Shown: piece by piece, positions 58,642 through 64,000 of the stretch
Numbering within the stretch: position 1 is the stretch's first letter
Layout: each line of letters opens with the position of its first letter
DNA from: an uncultured Alphaproteobacteria bacterium
GTDB taxonomy: Bacteria > Pseudomonadota > Alphaproteobacteria > Rhizobiales > Beijerinckiaceae
Length of the DNA stretch: 64,000 nt
Assembly: GCA_963697595.1 (NCBI GenBank)
Contig: CAVOON010000002.1
Coordinates: 15,564-79,563, forward strand
Direction: 5' to 3'
The notes under the pieces: model-generated
The model's database searches: none
Told to the model about the DNA's origin: nothing
What the model saw: only the letters and a program-made list of their open reading frames with translations
Made by a program: the position numbers and the translations under genes

Positions 58642-60279
58642 TCAAGCTCGCATCCTCCCCGCCGCGGCGCAACATAGCACCAGCGCCCAGAGCGCAGGGA
58701 AAAGAGCTTGCGCGTGGTTCGAAAAGAAAGTCGGCTGCGCCGGCTTGGGCAAGGCGCCGTCAATCACGCCTTCGACGCCGAGGGGCAGTTGCTCGAGAAT
58801 CCGGCCGTAGGGGTCAACGATGGCTGATATTCCAGTGTTGGCGGCGCGCACCAGCGGCAGGCCCTCCTCGATGGCGCGCAGTCGCGCCTGCGCAAAATGC
58901 TGATAAGGACCGCTGGTTTTCCCAAACCAGCCGTCGCTGGTGAGATTTAGCAGCCATTGTGCGCGCTCGGGTCCGGGCTCCACCGCCTGACCGGGGAAAA
59001 TCGCCTCATAGCAGACCAGCGGCGCCGCTGGCGGCAGGCCAGGCGCCGTCAGGAGCCTCGGCCCGACGCCCACATCCCAGGTTCCCGGCACCAGATGATG
59101 CACGCCTAACGGGCGCAGCCACTGGTCTAGCGGCAAATATTCACCGAAAGGCACAAGATGCTTCTTGTCATAAGCAGCGATGATCTTGTCGCCCTGCACC
59201 ACCTCGATCGCGTTGAAGATTTTTCCGCGCCGGCCCTCCCCCTCGCCATCCTCAAACCGGGCCGCGCCAGTAATCAGGATCTTGCCCTGAAGCCCTCTAG
59301 CGATCGCGGCGAGCGCCTGGGGTTCACGCGACAGCACAAAAGGAAAAGCGGATTCGGGCCAGATCAGATGTGTAACGTCGGCGACGCCAGTGTGGGTAGG
59401 CGCGGTCGCCTGGTCTGAAAGGGCGAGGTAACGGCGCAAGATATCCTTGCCATTTTCGGGACGGAATTTGGCGTCCATCGGGAGATTTGGCTGCATAAGG
59501 CGCAGCTTGACCCCCTCAACCGAACCGCTCTGACCCCGCGACAGGCGGAGCCCGCCAAAAACCGTAAGACCTCCGAGCAAAAGGCAGGCGAAAGCGACGG
59601 CGGGCGAGCCCAAGCGCCGCGGTCTCTCGCTATCGATCAGCGTCGCTGGTGAAGCGAAGATCAGCACCGTCAACAAATCCAGCCCATAGAGCCCCACCAG
59701 CGAAGCCGATTGCGCGAATAGTTGAACGCCGCCGAGGGCCATTCCGAAATCATTCCACGGGAACCCTGTCAAAATGTGCCCGCGCAACCATTCGGCGCCG
59801 CCCAGGCCCGCAGCCAGGGCGAAAAGGCGCAAGGCTCCCGGCGACCACAGCAGCCTGGCGAAGGCGAAACCCAGGCTGGTGAACAGAGCAAGAGCGGCCG
59901 GGATGCCCAATACCGCCAGCGGCAACGCCCAGGCGTATTGGTCCGCCTCAACCAGCAATGCGGCGCCCAGCCACCACAGGCCGGCGATAAAATAGCCGAA
60001 ACCGAGCCACCATCCCGCGCTGGCGGCCGACCGCAGCGAGGCTCCGTTGAAGCGCCAACGGCCGAAAATCGGGGCTCCGGCCGATCCATCAATCAGCCAA
60101 ACCGCGACCGTGAGCGGAATAGCCATCGCTGGCGCGAAGCCGATTGGCTCAAGCGCCAGCGCGCCGCATGCGCCCGCGCAGAACGCTATCCCTCGTCGCG
60201 TCCACCCTTCTGCAAGGATAACGCGCTGGGGAAGCGACAAAACCGGCGTCGCCACGCCTGTATCGAGCAGTTGTGTCAT
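58642..60279 (-). CDS. lnt: Apolipoprotein N-acyltransferase
   Basis: EWLRG..LTGFPWN, IWPESA, YDK.HLVPFGEY.P, VCYEAIFP, RAIEEGLP.VRAANTGISA. Confidence 0.95.
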   Translation of the reverse strand: MTQLLDTGVATPVLSLPQRVILAEGWTRRGIAFCAGACGALALEPIGFAPAMAIPLTVAVWLIDGSAGAPIFGRWRFNGASLRSAASAGWWLGFGYFIAGLWWLGAALLVEADQYAWALPLAVLGIPAALALFTSLGFAFARLLWSPGALRLFALAAGLGGAEWLRGHILTGFPWNDFGMALGGVQLFAQSASLVGLYGLDLLTVLIFASPATLIDSERPRRLGSPAVAFACLLLGGLTVFGGLRLSRGQSGSVEGVKLRLMQPNLPMDAKFRPENGKDILRRYLALSDQATAPTHTGVADVTHLIWPESAFPFVLSREPQALAAIARGLQGKILITGAARFEDGEGEGRRGKIFNAIEVVQGDKIIAAYDKKHLVPFGEYLPLDQWLRPLGVHHLVPGTWDVGVGPRLLTAPGLPPAAPLVCYEAIFPGQAVEPGPERAQWLLNLTSDGWFGKTSGPYQHFAQARLRAIEEGLPLVRAANTGISAIVDPYGRILEQLPLGVEGVIDGALPKPAQPTFFSNHAQALFPALWALVLCCAAAGRMRA

Positions 60280-60659
60280 ATGCGCCTTGAAGTCCCGCCG
60301 AATCAGCGACAACGACTGTAGCCGGTTTGCGGCTGGCGTCGATAAGGGGCGGTGCGCGAGTTTGAGGACCGTGGACGCCTCTCGCGCCCGGCCAAACGGA
60401 ATTGGTCGCAGCCATCGCCTTTTGCAGAAGAGCCACCAGATTACAGTGGCGGAACTTTGCCCGCTACGGCGCTCAAGTTCGCCGCCCTTTCGCTCATGAT
60501 CCAGGAGTTTCAGTGTCGGGGGCGGGCGCATAAAGCGCGGATTGACGGGTCGTCGGCCTTCTGGCCTCGCGCGTGGTACCGTGCTAACAGCCCTGTGAAG
60601 AGGCCCAATGGGCGACCAACAGTCTGCGTGCGCGGCGCTGTGAGTTTTAAGGAGCGGTC

Positions 60660-61415
60660 ATGTCCGATATTTTCCAAGAGGTCGATGAAGAAGTCCAAAG
60701 GGAAAAGGTCGAAACGCTCTGGTCGCGCTATCAGACGCCGGTTTTTGTGGTGGCCGGACTGATTGTCGCCGCTACGGGCGCCTGGAGCTATTATTCCAGT
60801 GAACGCATCAAGGCTGCGGACGCCGCGAATGTGCGCTTCATGGCTGCCGTTGCGCTGGCCAACTCCGGCAAAAGCCAGGAGGCCGCCGCAGCCTTCAACA
60901 CGATCGCCAAGGACGCTCCGAAGGGCTACGCCGCGCTCGCCCGCTTGCGGGGAGCCGAGGAACTCGGCAAGACCGACAAGGCCAAGGCGATGGAGGAACT
61001 CGATGCGCTCGCGGACGACAAGAGCGCCGACCGCCTGACGCAGGAAGTGGCGCGGCTGCGCAGCGCAGTCTATTCGATTGACGCCGGAGACCGCGAAAAA
61101 GCGATGTTGAAGCTCGCGCCGCTGATCACGGCGGCCGGCGTCTTCCGCTTCAGCGCTCAGGAGTGGACAGGGCTCGACGCGCTTTTCGACAATGATTACG
61201 ACGAGGCCGAGCGCGTCTTCAATCTGCTGTTGAGTGACCGCGATGCGCCCCAGGGCATGCGGGCTCGCGCGCAGGCGTATCAGGGCCTGCTGCATGCCGC
61301 GCGCGGCGTAAAAAAGCCTGAAGGCGGCGGCATTACGTCAGTCACGCCGATTATCGAGCCTGCGGACGGTTCGGATTCGTCCAGCGCGCCGCCTTTGACC
61401 CAAGAAAAACACTAA
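60660..61415 (+). CDS. YfgM-like TPR membrane-anchored chaperone
   Basis: MSDIFQEVDEEVQREK...W, single TM, GYAALARL; upstream of der. Confidence 0.85.
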   Translation: MSDIFQEVDEEVQREKVETLWSRYQTPVFVVAGLIVAATGAWSYYSSERIKAADAANVRFMAAVALANSGKSQEAAAAFNTIAKDAPKGYAALARLRGAEELGKTDKAKAMEELDALADDKSADRLTQEVARLRSAVYSIDAGDREKAMLKLAPLITAAGVFRFSAQEWTGLDALFDNDYDEAERVFNLLLSDRDAPQGMRARAQAYQGLLHAARGVKKPEGGGITSVTPIIEPADGSDSSSAPPLTQEKH

Positions 61416-61556
61416 AAAATAGCTGTTTTGCCCTTGGGGCGGCGAGGGCGAAGCGCCAGATTTGGTGTTGCGCCCAAATACGATCCTCTTTCGCGCTTCG
61501 ACCTTATCCAGTTTTGGAAAGGGTAAGCTCACGCCCTGCGCCGGACCCTCGAAGCC

Positions 61557-62954
61557 ATGTCATTCTCGCTCGCTATCATAGGTCGCCCCAATGTGGGCAA
61601 ATCGACGCTGTTCAACCGACTCGTCGGCAAAAAGCTGGCCCTTGTCGATGACAGGCCGGGCGTAACGAGAGACCGGCGCGAGGGCGCGGCGCGACTCGCT
61701 GATCTGTCCTTCACCGTCATCGACACTGCGGGGCTGGAGGAGGGCGCAGAAGCTACCCTCGAAGGACGTATGCGTGCGCAGACCGAAGCCGCCATCGAGC
61801 AGGCCGACGCTATTTTATTCATGATCGACGCGCGCGCCGGCGTGACCCCGGACGACAAATACTTCGCCGATCTCGTGCGCCGCGCTGGCAAGCCGGTCGT
61901 GCTCGCCGCCAACAAGGCAGAAGGCCGCGCTGGCGAAGCCGGATTCTTCGAGGCTTACACGCTCGGGCTGGGCGATCCCGTGCCGCTCTCGGCCGAGCAC
62001 GGCGAGGGGATGATCGATCTTTTCGACGCGCTGCGCCTCGCGCTGCCCGAACACACCGAGGCGCCCATCGAAGAGGACGACGGGCCGCGACGCACTTTCA
62101 ACGACGAGGAAGACGGCAGCGATCTCGATATCACGAAGCCGTTGCGCATCACTGTCGTCGGGCGCCCTAACGCTGGCAAATCAACGCTCATCAATCGTCT
62201 GCTCTGCGAGGACCGACTGCTCGTCGGACCGGAGGCTGGCGTCACCCGCGACAGCATCGGCGTCGATTTCCTCTGGCGGGAGCGGAAAATGAAGCTGTTC
62301 GACACAGCGGGCCTGCGTCGCCGCGCGCGCGTCACCGACAAGCTGGAAAAGCTGGCTGGGGCCGATGCGCTGCGCGCCGTGCGTTTTTCTGAAGTCGTCG
62401 TATTGCTGATCGACTCGACCATTCCGTTCGAGAAACAGGATTTGACTATCGCAGACATCGCCGCAAGCGAGGGCCGCGCGGTGGCGATCGGGCTCGGCAA
62501 GTGGGATTTGATCGAAGATCGTGGCAAGACGCTCACCACTTTGCGCGAAGAAGCCGAACGGCTGCTGCCGCAGGTGCGCGGCTGCCCGGTGATCCCCGTC
62601 TCGGGAGCGACCGGGCAGGGACTGGACGAGTTGATGCGCGCGGTGATCGCCGTGCATGAGACCTGGAACAAGCGCATTTCCACCTCGCGACTAAACCGTT
62701 GGCTGGAGAAGACGCTGGAGGAGACGCCTCCGCCGGCGGTTTCCGGCCGCCGGATCAAGATCCGCTACATGACGCAGCCCAAGAGCCGCCCGCCGCACTT
62801 CGTGCTGTTCGGGAATCAGCTCGATGAATTGCCGACGAGCTACGAGCGTTTCTTGATCAACGGCTTGCGCAAGGCCTTTGAGCTGCCAGGCGTGCCGATC
62901 CGAATTTCAAAGAAGACGCCTGAAAATCCCTATGGAGAGAAAAGGCACAGATAG
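61557..62954 (+). CDS. der: Ribosome biogenesis GTPase Der (EngA)
   Basis: Two G domains: [22 protein letters not shown] and [14 protein letters not shown]; C-terminal KH-like domain. Confidence 0.97.
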   Translation: MSFSLAIIGRPNVGKSTLFNRLVGKKLALVDDRPGVTRDRREGAARLADLSFTVIDTAGLEEGAEATLEGRMRAQTEAAIEQADAILFMIDARAGVTPDDKYFADLVRRAGKPVVLAANKAEGRAGEAGFFEAYTLGLGDPVPLSAEHGEGMIDLFDALRLALPEHTEAPIEEDDGPRRTFNDEEDGSDLDITKPLRITVVGRPNAGKSTLINRLLCEDRLLVGPEAGVTRDSIGVDFLWRERKMKLFDTAGLRRRARVTDKLEKLAGADALRAVRFSEVVVLLIDSTIPFEKQDLTIADIAASEGRAVAIGLGKWDLIEDRGKTLTTLREEAERLLPQVRGCPVIPVSGATGQGLDELMRAVIAVHETWNKRISTSRLNRWLEKTLEETPPPAVSGRRIKIRYMTQPKSRPPHFVLFGNQLDELPTSYERFLINGLRKAFELPGVPIRISKKTPENPYGEKRHR

Positions 62955-62984
62955 GGCGGCGCCAAATGTTCAGGTCGCGCTTCT

Positions 62985-63872
62985 CTAGGAAAGCCCCAGT
63001 CTAAACCGCGGGCGCCTTACGCCGCTGATAACATTTGGAACGACGGCGCCATTGGTTGCGTCGATCACTTTGCGAAATTTGGTTTTCCCTTGAAAAGTGT
63101 CGTTTACCAGCGGGGTCGTATAGCCGCAGCCCTTATAAAAATAATGGGTGACCTGGCTCCATCGCGACCGCTGCGGATTGTTTTGTTTGCTGCCGCCGTG
63201 GACGAGATTCGAGGTCCAGATCAGCGCCTGCCCTTTTTTCGCCAGGAAAACCTCTCGTTGGAGGCCGAGCTTTTCAGGCATTTCGCTATAGAGGCGCGTA
63301 AACTTCGCCACAGCGTCGGCGAATGAGTCCCGCTTGGCGGAAACCCCGATATGCTCGTTCTGATAACTTGGCCATTTATGGGAGCCGGGATAGTAGAACA
63401 GAGGGCCATTATCTTCGTCGACATCCTCAAACGCGACCCAAACGCCGCACATGAAACGTTCGGGGATCGAGCTGAAATGGATGTGATCGCTATGTCCGGG
63501 TTGCTGTGTGCCGACCGGGAAATTCAATGTCTGAAAAGGAAAAGCGGTTCGCCCGTATATTGCCGACAAAATATCGACGATTTCTTTGTTGACGGCGATT
63601 TTCCGCACATCCTCATCGAATTTCCACGCGTCTTGCACCCGCGCGCTGGGCGGACAGGAAGCGGCGTCGCGCCAGTTGAACTTATCCGCCAGGCTCTGCT
63701 TGATCCGATCGATTTTCGAATTCAGATCCGCGTCGGGAAAATCGATGACGGCATAGCCTTTTTCGTGAAGCTCGGAGGCGACTGACCGATATTGTGAAGG
63801 CAGCGAGTCGACTTCCTGCGCAAATAAAGGGCTCTCAATCAGAGGAACGCCCGACAACAGGTCTGAAGTCAT
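62985..63872 (-). CDS. Phytanoyl-CoA dioxygenase-family Fe(II)/2OG enzyme
   Basis: FQTLNF.VGTQQ..HSD.IHF, CGVWVA.ED...NGPL.YYPGSH, LVHGG, R.SQVTHY. Confidence 0.85.
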   Translation of the reverse strand: MTSDLLSGVPLIESPLFAQEVDSLPSQYRSVASELHEKGYAVIDFPDADLNSKIDRIKQSLADKFNWRDAASCPPSARVQDAWKFDEDVRKIAVNKEIVDILSAIYGRTAFPFQTLNFPVGTQQPGHSDHIHFSSIPERFMCGVWVAFEDVDEDNGPLFYYPGSHKWPSYQNEHIGVSAKRDSFADAVAKFTRLYSEMPEKLGLQREVFLAKKGQALIWTSNLVHGGSKQNNPQRSRWSQVTHYFYKGCGYTTPLVNDTFQGKTKFRKVIDATNGAVVPNVISGVRRPRFRLGLS

Positions 63873-64000
63873 TTCAAGCAGGACTCCCCAAGGGGCGCGA
63901 TCCAAACGCGATTGGATCATATAGCTTTTAGCCGATTCCGGCCGGGTTACAAAGCTTGCGCTTCCGCCAGTTTTTCGCCAAGCCGGAAAAATCGCATTCT

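Noticed and set aside
61415-61557. Missing bamB between yfgM-like and der
   Set aside because: From memory, bamB absence is common in this order; not treated as novel.

Overview
GC-rich alphaproteobacterial chromosome segment (Hyphomicrobiales, inferred from a growth-pole-ring-like gene, an alpha-type LexA box and the gene content; genus not provable here). Core genes run from 1-10.3 kb (GPR-like, Hpt, SBP, ssb, uvrA, polysaccharide genes) and 29.2-64 kb (ECF pair, cobS, dusA, partial T2SS gspEFHIJ, TadD-like, M17 peptidase, NlpC/P60, yejABEF, gabD, amtB-glnK, tesB, cnoX, trmB, metK, lnt, der). Between them, an 18.7 kb element (10425-29139) is integrated in the 3' end of tRNA-Lys(UUU), bounded by a perfect 47-bp direct repeat. 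It has a tyrosine integrase, XRE/AlpA switch and primase-helicase, as in phage satellites. I see no capsid, portal, terminase, sheath, lysis or conjugation genes, yet it carries a lone tail tape-measure-like gene. Best candidates for new biology: (1) an ImmA/IrrE metallopeptidase + class III nucleotidyl-cyclase-like operon, with a SLATT-like 2TM gene nearby; (2) the tape-measure-only satellite architecture; (3) a 9-bp iteron-like motif clustered at both element ends, which would be brought together around attP only after excision. Six genes, including essential ssb and the integrase, carry 1-bp frameshifts, mostly in short homopolymers. These probably reflect sequencing error, so pseudogene calls are unsafe.
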